Shown: positions 1-7,764 of the stretch, in pieces
How positions within the stretch are numbered: the stretch's first letter is position 1
Layout: each line of letters opens with the position of its first letter
Sequence record: DRR723986_7356
DNA length: 38,564 nt
Strand: one strand, 5' to 3'
Translations under genes and position numbers: made by a program
Notes under the pieces: model-generated
Database searches by the model: none
The model's input: the letters and a program-made list of their open reading frames with translations, nothing else
What the model was told of the DNA's origin: nothing

Positions 1-42
1 CGCTTGCCATGTCATAGGTGAATAGCCGAATAGCTGCTCCAA
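1..42 (-). CDS. Possible 5' end of a gene running off the window (TTG start at 42 gives MEQLFGYSPMTWQA...; in-frame ATG at 15)
   Basis: The TTG lies 2 nt after the stop of the 45..797 gene and the frame is open to the window edge. Too short to identify. Confidence 0.25.
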   Translation of the reverse strand, partial: MEQLFGYSPMTWQA

Positions 43-44
43 GG

Positions 45-797
45 TTATTTTTTCGTCTGCTGTGGTTCAATATTGATTTCTAGACGGTCATACGAAGGCA
101 CAACATCTGTGTACCAATAACGCCAGCTGGCGTCTGTTGCTGAACCCCATGCCGGAAAATGAATCTTTCCAAAAGCCTTAAGTGGCCCAAAAACATATTC
201 AACACTTTCCGTCCCGGTTGAAAGCCCCCACCTAATCGGCTCGCCGTTCACATTCACCTGAAACCATCCGCGCGGCTGCCCATTCTCACTGATTTGCAAT
301 ATGCCGTTTTCATCTAGGGAAACACTTAACGCTTGGTCCTCTTTCGCCAAACGATGATACATAATATATATATCGCCTGGCCAAAATGCGTATGCCTCAT
401 CAATTTCTTCTTGCGTCAATTCGCGAAAACCACGACGGCTATGGTCTACCCAGCCACCCGATCTTTGCCAAACACGATCTGACGTTAGGCCTTCACCCTT
501 TATCAAGTAGCGCTCTCTCGGTTGTTCAAGGTCGCGCCAAACTTCTTCAACCAGTTGCCCTGAAAACGAGGGCGCCAAAACCATTTCGCGAACGTAAAGA
601 CCGCGCATTGACATCCAAACTTCCTTGCCACCAACTGCTTCAACAATCCCTCTCGCAACCTTAATCGCCTCTGATGTCCCCTTCATGCCCCCCTTGGTCA
701 AACCATCAGCGGCATAGACAGAGTTAGAGGAGAGCGACAAAGCAAAAATTGAAACCACAGCAGTTGCGAAGACTTGTCTTAAAGAGATTTTGTTCAT
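45..797 (-). CDS. Secreted hypothetical protein (~250 aa), possibly a LolA-like beta-rich fold
   Basis: ATG at 797 has AAGGA upstream, better than the 854 start in the ORF track. Signal peptide MNKISLRQVFATAVVSIFALSLSSNSVYA. The 'IVEAVGGKEVW' start of the mature region and Trp-rich beta-type segments suggest the fold (inference). Confidence 0.72.
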   Translation of the reverse strand: MNKISLRQVFATAVVSIFALSLSSNSVYAADGLTKGGMKGTSEAIKVARGIVEAVGGKEVWMSMRGLYVREMVLAPSFSGQLVEEVWRDLEQPRERYLIKGEGLTSDRVWQRSGGWVDHSRRGFRELTQEEIDEAYAFWPGDIYIMYHRLAKEDQALSVSLDENGILQISENGQPRGWFQVNVNGEPIRWGLSTGTESVEYVFGPLKAFGKIHFPAWGSATDASWRYWYTDVVPSYDRLEINIEPQQTKK

Positions 798-875
798 GAG
801 GCGTTTCCTTGAATGATAGAATAAAGTTGGCGGCAAAAATGGCCGCAGCCGCACAAGGGCACCAGATCAGTTTCG

Positions 876-926
876 CCGAACGAACGAATTCCACCGGCGA
901 ACAAACCGGATTTGGGGATAAATGTT
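876..926 (-). promoter_or_regulatory. Putative LytTR binding repeats upstream of the secreted protein gene
   Basis: Minus strand reads AACATTTAT-N12-TTTGTTCGC-N12-TTCGTTCGG. These are 9-mers at a 21-bp period, the spacing typical of LytTR sites. Confidence 0.55.
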
Positions 927-935
927 TACAGGTTT

Positions 936-1862
936 TTAGCTAATGGGAGTGGTGATTGCGTCCAGTTTGCTTTTGCCGCGACGGCTTATTGCCCGCCGCA
1001 TGCCACCAGACATTACCGCCACAAGTGATGCGGATTCAGATCCCGCTTTTTCAATGCGGTCCAAGTGCTCCAAATTAGCGATTGTCGAACGATGGATACG
1101 CACAAAGTTGTCGTTGTCCAACAGTTTTTCCAGTTCACCGATAGTTTTGTTTACCCAGAATTGTTTCTGGGCAAGATGCAAAACTACATAGTCGCCTTGT
1201 GCTTCCACCCACATAACATCATCAGGCCGAATAAAGTTGGAAACATCACCCGTGCGGACCGTTAACCATCGCGCCCGGCTAGATTCGCCCGGCACATTCT
1301 CATTATCCATCACGCCACCTTCAAGGTGCGAAACAACCGGTGTCGCATCCTGAGATAGTGGTGCTTGAATAGCATTAACACTGAAATGAGTGCTGCGCAT
1401 CAGCACAAAGACAAGAATTGCCCAATAGACAAACAAATCCAGTAAAAACCAGAAAACAAAGAACCACGCAAAAACACCGTGTAAGGTTTCAACTTCTAAA
1501 ACCACATAAGGACTAAGCGCCGCACTGACAAAACGGAACCAAATAATATGCAATGTGGCAAAACCGACAGACACCGCGGCGTGTAAAAGGGCACTGGCAC
1601 GCGATAGTTGACCAAGCACCCCGGATTCTGACCCCCATGCAACACCGGCAACAAACAGTCCCCACGGTGCCCATGTTGCCAGTTGCCAAATAATTACTTC
1701 CAGTAGGTGGTTGCCTTCAAGCCATTCAGAAGCACGGAAAAACACAGTGAGGGACAAAACGATGGCAGCCACCAGCAACGCCGCCAAAACTGGCGCAACG
1801 GTCAACACCAAGTTTCCAATAAAACTTCTGTTCATCGTTGGCATACCGTCTTTGTCCATCAT
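936..1862 (-). CDS. Membrane-anchored LytTR-domain transcriptional regulator (~4 TM, no receiver domain)
   Basis: Hydrophobic N-terminal helices. C-terminal LytTR signature 'WVEAQGDYVVLH...FVRIHRSTIAN...ISRR'. Exact start uncertain because of several Met. Confidence 0.87.
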   Translation of the reverse strand: MMDKDGMPTMNRSFIGNLVLTVAPVLAALLVAAIVLSLTVFFRASEWLEGNHLLEVIIWQLATWAPWGLFVAGVAWGSESGVLGQLSRASALLHAAVSVGFATLHIIWFRFVSAALSPYVVLEVETLHGVFAWFFVFWFLLDLFVYWAILVFVLMRSTHFSVNAIQAPLSQDATPVVSHLEGGVMDNENVPGESSRARWLTVRTGDVSNFIRPDDVMWVEAQGDYVVLHLAQKQFWVNKTIGELEKLLDNDNFVRIHRSTIANLEHLDRIEKAGSESASLVAVMSGGMRRAISRRGKSKLDAITTPIS

Positions 1863-1965
1863 TCAGGAAATATAACACTAGTCCTTCCCCATTGAAAATA
1901 TGAAGCAAGAGAATATTTTGCAATTATGGGAAGCTATAGCGGTGTTCGGCGCATAACCGGGCACT

Positions 1966-1986
1966 AGCCTGAATGACATTTAGGCT
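1966..1986. promoter_or_regulatory. Near-perfect palindrome, candidate operator
   Basis: AGCCTGAATG-A-CATTTAGGCT (9 of 10 arm positions match), in the divergent intergenic region 35 bp before the antiporter ATG. Confidence 0.35.
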
Positions 1987-2021
1987 TTCATTACGGGTAA
2001 ATTTCATTCAATGATAGGCGC

Positions 2022-3218
2022 ATGGAACAGGTTCTTCTGCTCATTAGCCTTTTGGTGTTTGTTGGCTTTCTAATCATCCCTTTTTCAAAGAAATTAGGGG
2101 CACCAATTCTGCTTGTATTTCTTGTTGGCGGTATGCTGGTTGGAGAAGATGGGCCGGGTGGTGTTCAATTCGATGATTTTTCGACAGCATATCAGGTTGG
2201 TAGTATTGCCTTGGCGTTGATTCTGTTTGCAGGCGGCTTGGAAACCAATGTCAAAAAACTTGCTGGCGCGCGTGTGCCATCTGTTTTACTGGCAACATTC
2301 GGCGTACTGATCACAACCGTCGTGGTTGGCTTTGCCGCCAAATATGCCCTCGACATCCCTATTGAATATGGCTTGCTGCTCGGCGCTGTTGTTGGGTCAA
2401 CCGATGCAGCAGCAACATTTATACTGATTCAACAGAACAATATTCAATTGCCCGCACGCCTGCAAAATACACTTATTCTAGAGTCTGGCCTGAACGACCC
2501 GATGGCCATTTTTCTCACCATCGCCTTCACCACGATTTTGGGCACAGGCATGACACTTTCACTGCAAAGCTTAAGCGCCTTCGTCCCACTGTTTTTGCTT
2601 CAAATTGGGCTGGGTGCTCTATTCGGCATTATTGGCGGCATGATCATTGTAAAACTACTGGACAAAATCGAGTTGCCTCCGGGTTTATATCCGCCGATGG
2701 CGTTGGCCGGGGCGCTAATGATTTATGCTGGCACAACCCTTATGGAAGGCAGCGGTTTTCTTGCCATATATTTATGTGGCTTGATTATCACCGGTTATTT
2801 GAAGCGCCCTGTGGAGCGTATTTTGAACTTTTCTGAAGGCCTGCAATGGCTCAGCCAAATCGGTTTGTTTCTGATGCTTGGCCTATTGGTGACACCCAGC
2901 GCGCTTTTTACAACACTTGTGCCTGCCTTAATGATTGCCGGCGTGTTGATATTTTTCGCACGTCCCCTCGCTGTTACAATATGTGCCTTACCCTTTGGTT
3001 TTTCATCCAGAGAAACAACCTATCTAAGCTGGGTTGGGCTGCGCGGTGCGGTGCCTATCTTCTTGGCGATTTTCCCTATTATTTCGCCTGGGCCGGTACA
3101 AGTTGAACTGTTTAATGTTGTATTTGTCATTGTTGTCGTCTCGCTGGTTCTTCAAGGTTGGACGGTTGCCTCTTCTGCGCGCTGGCTTGGCCTTGCACAA
3201 TCAAACGAATCCCAATAA
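2022..3218 (+). CDS. nhaP2: Potassium/proton antiporter (CPA1, NhaP2/CvrA type), membrane domain only
   Basis: Motifs 'GEDGPGG', 'STDAAA', 'LESGLNDPMAIFLT' and 'WVGLRGAVPI'; many TM helices. Confidence 0.9.
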   Translation: MEQVLLLISLLVFVGFLIIPFSKKLGAPILLVFLVGGMLVGEDGPGGVQFDDFSTAYQVGSIALALILFAGGLETNVKKLAGARVPSVLLATFGVLITTVVVGFAAKYALDIPIEYGLLLGAVVGSTDAAATFILIQQNNIQLPARLQNTLILESGLNDPMAIFLTIAFTTILGTGMTLSLQSLSAFVPLFLLQIGLGALFGIIGGMIIVKLLDKIELPPGLYPPMALAGALMIYAGTTLMEGSGFLAIYLCGLIITGYLKRPVERILNFSEGLQWLSQIGLFLMLGLLVTPSALFTTLVPALMIAGVLIFFARPLAVTICALPFGFSSRETTYLSWVGLRGAVPIFLAIFPIISPGPVQVELFNVVFVIVVVSLVLQGWTVASSARWLGLAQSNESQ

Positions 3219-3284
3219 CCCCGATTTTCTCGAGGGTTCGCGTTTCCTCCTGCAGCAAAGCTGCAACAGGACCCTTTCAAAACA

Positions 3285-4367
3285 TCACCGGGCCAAGCGG
3301 GCAGCGATTTCTGTTTCAAAAAAAGCATCGGTTTTTTGGTGCATGCCGCGCGTGTTGTAATCTGTTTTGGTCAAAACCACGACGAGGTCATGCGCGGGCA
3401 TAACCACCACACGGTTGCCGCCGTTGCCTGTCATATAATAGCTGTCAAACCGCTCGCTTGAATTCTGCCCCGAAACCTCATAAGGCGAGCGCCACCACAA
3501 ATAGCCATATTCAACTTCGCGGTCTGCATAGACCACCGCGCGCGGTTTAATAGCCTCATCTGTCCAAGCCTTTGAGAGAATTTGCTTGCCTTTATACGTG
3601 CCGCCCGCGCGCTGCATTTCAGCAAACTTGGCTAGGCCGCGCGCCGTCAGGCCAAGACCGCCGCTTTTGTGGGCTTGGCTTAAGCCATTTTCCTGCCACT
3701 CGAAATTGGTAATCTCCATCGGGTCAAAAAACTTGGCTTTAACATAGGCCTGAAACCTTGTGTTGGTTGAGCGCTCCACCGCTTGGCCCGCGATTTCAAC
3801 ACCGGCAGAGCAATAGGCGAACACGCGGCCATGTTTTGCTGTTGCGGGCTTTTCGCTCCAGCTGGGATAGCCGCGAATGGGCAGGTCCCAGAAAAATGAA
3901 GCCCAGTCTTCCACATTATGCATGCGCGATTCGTTCCCGCGCGAGAAATTATCATTGTCATCGCATTCAAGGATGCCACTCATGGTGAGCAAGTCTTCAA
4001 TGGTAACGGCGTTCTTGCGGGGGTCAGGGTTTTCAAAAGGGGCAATGTCTGGGAATAACTGCGCAGCGGGCATATCCACAGTCATCAGGCCGTCATCAAC
4101 CGCTGCGCCGACCGCCATGCCGGTGATGGTTTTTGGCACGGAGCGTGTGTTGTGCAGGCTTTGTGCATCGGCTCCGTTGAAATAGCCTTCATAGGCAATT
4201 TCCCCGCCTTCCATAACCAAAACACTGGTGACAGTGCCATAGTCCCCTTTGCGAATATTGTCTTCCATAGCGGCCATATCAGCCCAGCGATCGTCTGCGG
4301 ACAACGGGGTTGCTATTGGCGCTACCGCATAGGCCAAAAAGCCAATTGTCGTGAAGAATTTTTTCAT
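3285..4367 (-). CDS. Secreted serine hydrolase of the beta-lactamase/class C fold (family VIII esterase / NylB-like)
   Basis: Signal peptide; SxxK 'TRSVPK'; 'LLTMSG'; Tyr motif 'FAYCS'; 'YGYLWW'; 'GNGGN'. Confidence 0.88.
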   Translation of the reverse strand: MKKFFTTIGFLAYAVAPIATPLSADDRWADMAAMEDNIRKGDYGTVTSVLVMEGGEIAYEGYFNGADAQSLHNTRSVPKTITGMAVGAAVDDGLMTVDMPAAQLFPDIAPFENPDPRKNAVTIEDLLTMSGILECDDNDNFSRGNESRMHNVEDWASFFWDLPIRGYPSWSEKPATAKHGRVFAYCSAGVEIAGQAVERSTNTRFQAYVKAKFFDPMEITNFEWQENGLSQAHKSGGLGLTARGLAKFAEMQRAGGTYKGKQILSKAWTDEAIKPRAVVYADREVEYGYLWWRSPYEVSGQNSSERFDSYYMTGNGGNRVVVMPAHDLVVVLTKTDYNTRGMHQKTDAFFETEIAARLAR

Positions 4368-4441
4368 TTATTTTTCCTTAAATTCAGTATCCATAAAGGT
4401 GTTTACGCCAAAACAATGGGGGCTGGCCCAAGAGGGGTCAC

Positions 4442-4467
4442 GTGAAGAAAGTTGAATTTTCTTGAAG
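4442..4467. promoter_or_regulatory. Three tandem (T/G)TGAA repeats at a 10-bp period, candidate wHTH regulator site
   Basis: GTGAAGAAAG-TTGAATTTTC-TTGAAG, with TGAA at 4443, 4453 and 4463, between the divergent hydrolase and regulator genes. Confidence 0.5.
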
Positions 4468-4499
4468 CGCCCTTTTTCAAAAGCGTTTAGACTTATGCC

Positions 4500-6062
4500 A
4501 TGCACTATGCGTTGAAAGATTTGCTGATAGACACAGAGGCCCGCACCGTGCGCCGCAACGGCGCTGCGCTGAAACTGCCAGACTTAAGCTTTGATGTTCT
4601 GGTTCAGTTAATTGAAGCCGCCCCGCACCCCGTAAGCCTTGAAGCTTTTGCAGCCGAGGTTTGGCGGGCAGAGCATGTAAGCGATGAAACAGTTGCCCAG
4701 CGTATCACCCTGCTTCGCAAGGCATTGGGTGATGATGTGAAAAACCCGGCTTATATTCGCACAGCACGAGGAGTGGGCTACGCAATTGCTGGCCCGGTTA
4801 AAACGGTTGATACCCGCTTATCGTTCAAGTCAAGTTCAACGCCGGTCCGCAAAATGGCTGTTGCCGCCACAGCGGGGCTGGCAGCCTTGCTGTTTGGTAT
4901 CGCCGTATTTTCAACAACCAAAGACTGGGGGGTGGAGCGCCCAACCAACGCAACTGCAGGCCCGATATCCGCAACATCAACGCTGATAAAGCGCGCAAGC
5001 GAACAACTGCGCCTGCATCAAGCCAGAGAAACAGACCGCGCCATTGCCATGTTGCGCAAGGCTTTGGCGCAAGACCCGGACAGTTTTGATGGGCGCATCA
5101 CCTTGAGCTTTGCGCTTTCCACAAAGGCAACCAAGTTCGGTGGCGGCATAGACGAAAAGTTGGAGGCCGAGGCATTGGCCCGCGCATTAATTAAAGAACG
5201 CCCTGATAGCAGCAACGCCTGGTCTGCGCTTGCCTACACACTCGGTGCGCAGGGGCGCAGCAGGGAAAGTTTGCCAGCTTACCAATATGCCTACCAACTT
5301 AACCCAAAAAACACCTCTGCAATCTCAAGCGCTGCATACGAGTATCTTATTCGCGGCGACTTGCATCAGGCATTGCTTCTGGAAACAAGGGCGCTGGAAG
5401 CCGGTGGAACCTCGCGCTATGCGGAAATTCAAATTGCGCAATCACTGGAGCTTATTGGCCACCCGGCAGCACAAAGATGGCAGGCAAAAGCCCTGACCTT
5501 AAACCCAGACCAAGTTGTTATCTTGAGCGAGATTGCGCGGTCACACCTACGACAGGGGAACCCAAATGCTGCGCTTGATATACTTGCGCGGGCAGGCGGC
5601 GATGACCGGTTTGCGCCGCAAATACTGCAACTGCGTGGCCGCGCCGCGCTTGCACTCGGCAATACTGAAGAGGCACGAAAGCACCTATTGGCGGCAGGCA
5701 AAGCCGGGCATTTTGAAATGGCGGCGCTGAACGCCGCTGCGGGTGATGTGCGCCAAGCAGAAGAGATGCTTCTTCCAACCAAGCTTATGAAGCTGGAAGC
5801 CAGCGACTGGCCAGAGGAGCGTATTTATCTGGCTGAAATTTCTGCGGCACTCGGCCAGGAAGAGGAAGCGCTGCGCCTTATTGCCCAAGCGGTTAATCTT
5901 GGTTGGCGGGATGCGGGTTGGCTGAAACAATCACCGTTTCTTGGGCAATTGATGAATTCCAGTGAAGGCCGCGAAATTGAAAACCGCATTGTCCGCGAAA
6001 TTGAAGCCCAGCGCAGGCTTATTGAAACAACCAAAGAGCTGGCTTTAATTACAGGCCGTTAA
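4500..6062 (+). CDS. ToxR/CadC-like regulator: OmpR-type winged helix + TM + TPR repeats
   Basis: N-terminal 'LLRKALGDD...YIRTARGVGY' (Trans_reg_C), one hydrophobic helix 'MAVAATAGLAALLFGIAVF', then TPR-like repeats ('ALAQDPD', 'AYQLNPKN', 'ALTLNPDQ'). Confidence 0.86.
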   Translation: MHYALKDLLIDTEARTVRRNGAALKLPDLSFDVLVQLIEAAPHPVSLEAFAAEVWRAEHVSDETVAQRITLLRKALGDDVKNPAYIRTARGVGYAIAGPVKTVDTRLSFKSSSTPVRKMAVAATAGLAALLFGIAVFSTTKDWGVERPTNATAGPISATSTLIKRASEQLRLHQARETDRAIAMLRKALAQDPDSFDGRITLSFALSTKATKFGGGIDEKLEAEALARALIKERPDSSNAWSALAYTLGAQGRSRESLPAYQYAYQLNPKNTSAISSAAYEYLIRGDLHQALLLETRALEAGGTSRYAEIQIAQSLELIGHPAAQRWQAKALTLNPDQVVILSEIARSHLRQGNPNAALDILARAGGDDRFAPQILQLRGRAALALGNTEEARKHLLAAGKAGHFEMAALNAAAGDVRQAEEMLLPTKLMKLEASDWPEERIYLAEISAALGQEEEALRLIAQAVNLGWRDAGWLKQSPFLGQLMNSSEGREIENRIVREIEAQRRLIETTKELALITGR

Positions 6063-6094
6063 ACTAACCGCCCCTGCGAACTAAACCGAATGCG

Positions 6095-7612
6095 TCACGC
6101 TAAAGCTTGGCGCACCTTGGGCATAATGCGGCGACTAACCGGCACCTGCACGCCGCCCGCAAGGGTAAGCATGCCTGTGCCCGAGCTGTCCCGGCTGAGC
6201 GCCTCAACATATTTTACATTGATCAAATGCGATCGGTGCACCCGCAGGAAGGTTGCGGGCAATTCGTCTTCCATGTCACCTAGAGTTGCGCTGTATAACA
6301 GCGTGCGTCCATCCGTCAGCGTGATTTCAGCGTAGCCGTCTACACTGCTGCAGTGAACAATATCACCCGTGGCGATGCGGTCCAATTTACCAGCACTTTT
6401 GATGCTTAAAATGCTCTCAGCGCTACGCTCTTGTGCTTCTTCCAGGGCAAGGCTCAAGCGGTCTGCCCGGGCTTCTTCCGCGCGGCGCTCACGCGCCTCT
6501 TCCGCCAATGTAATGGCTTGCTCAATGAAAATAAGCAGCAAGAAAAAGGCGACGAGGAAGAAGAACAATGTATCGAGAAACAAACCGCGGAAGACATAAA
6601 TCGCGGCAACAAAAACCAGCACGATGGCAAAATATAAAGCCGCCCGGCGGCGCCCCTGAAAACCCCAATAGCCCGCAGAAACAAGCACGGCAACAAGTGG
6701 CACAGTCATGCCCATAAGGGCTTTATTGTCAAACCCCGGTACGACTATCAGGATGAAACCACACAAAATCGCCAAGGCGATCATAATCTTGAGCGAAGCA
6801 GTTTGTGCGTAAATTCGAAAAACATGAAAGGCGACGCTCAAGCCAAAACCTGTTGAAGACACCGCAATGGCAATCAGGCGCAGGTCATGCATAGGGTAGG
6901 GATACAACCACAAGCCGCGCGAGGCTTCGGCCACCAACTGCACGGCCGCAAAAAAGCAGATTGAACATAATATCCAGAACCGTGCGCGCTGCGCACCGAT
7001 AACCCCCATGGTACCAAAATACAGCGCACCCATTATGAACAAGCCAAGGGTTACAAGGGCCGGAATATATTGGGGAAGAGAGCCATTTGCGTATATGCCT
7101 GCCGTGCCAATGCCAACGGCGTGAACCGGCCAGCTCAGTGTTATGAAACCATTATGAGATGAAGCCTTCAGGACAATTTCATTGTCGCCGACCCGGAATA
7201 GATTTTGAGGTGGAAAGAGCTGGGCATCCATAAGGCCAATTTCCTCAATCGCGGCGCTGCCTGCTGGCACGCCGTTGCTGCCTATATAGTGGCCGTTCAG
7301 GTAAACATCGCTGGACATTTTGCCGGATACATAAACCGAGAAAGGTTCACCGCTTTCGCCCTGAGTCTCTTTTAGTGGAACGATGGCGCGCACCCATATC
7401 AATGTGTTCTGAGGGTCTATTTCTTGAGGAGCAACAGTTTTGCAATTGTGTGCAGTGAAATCAGGCGGGCCTTGGTCTGTCACCGAAGCGGGGCATACGG
7501 TAATGCGGCCCCAGTCCAAGCCATAAAAAACTGTGTTCTGCGCACCCGCGAGCGGCGTGAGAACACAAAAAAAGCACAACAAACTGAAAAGGCGGAGAGA
7601 GAAGGCATTCAT
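6095..7612 (-). CDS. Membrane sensor-regulator: extracytoplasmic beta-sandwich + ~7 TM + LytTR domain
   Basis: Signal peptide; 'DVYLNGHYIGSNG...GDNEIVLK' resembles 7TM-DISM/galactose-binding-type domains; multiple TM helices; C-terminal 'FLRVHRSHLIN...VPVSRR'. Confidence 0.85.
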   Translation of the reverse strand: MNAFSLRLFSLLCFFCVLTPLAGAQNTVFYGLDWGRITVCPASVTDQGPPDFTAHNCKTVAPQEIDPQNTLIWVRAIVPLKETQGESGEPFSVYVSGKMSSDVYLNGHYIGSNGVPAGSAAIEEIGLMDAQLFPPQNLFRVGDNEIVLKASSHNGFITLSWPVHAVGIGTAGIYANGSLPQYIPALVTLGLFIMGALYFGTMGVIGAQRARFWILCSICFFAAVQLVAEASRGLWLYPYPMHDLRLIAIAVSSTGFGLSVAFHVFRIYAQTASLKIMIALAILCGFILIVVPGFDNKALMGMTVPLVAVLVSAGYWGFQGRRRAALYFAIVLVFVAAIYVFRGLFLDTLFFFLVAFFLLLIFIEQAITLAEEARERRAEEARADRLSLALEEAQERSAESILSIKSAGKLDRIATGDIVHCSSVDGYAEITLTDGRTLLYSATLGDMEDELPATFLRVHRSHLINVKYVEALSRDSSGTGMLTLAGGVQVPVSRRIMPKVRQALA

Positions 7613-7648
7613 ACCTAATCATACAACTGGTGGACCATAGCGTCCATC

Positions 7649-7678
7649 ACCGTTTAGCGGAAAAACATAACCGTTCGC
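7649..7678 (+). promoter_or_regulatory. LytTR-type direct repeat upstream of the TAP-like hydrolase
   Basis: ACCGTTTAG-N12-ACCGTTCGC. The first copy fully matches the LytTR consensus [TA][AC][AC]GTTN[AG][TG] and the spacer is the canonical 12 bp. Confidence 0.65.
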
Positions 7679-7764
7679 TTAATTTCGCGTGTAACGCCAA
7701 GCGTTCGTTCCTAGTTTTTAGAAGCGACCAAAAACCAAGAAAGCAAAAAGAGAAAGAACAAACG

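Noticed and set aside
3285-4367. AmpC beta-lactamase resistance gene linked to ampG
   Set aside because: It lacks the YxN and KTG motifs in canonical form, there is no ampR, and ampG is 17 kb away in a housekeeping context.
7630-7764. ORF-track N-terminal extensions (also at 854, 18084, 22741, 23511, 33210, 35957, 37655)
   Set aside because: Downstream ATGs have better RBS or signal-peptide context, and the extensions run over promoter elements or neighbouring genes.
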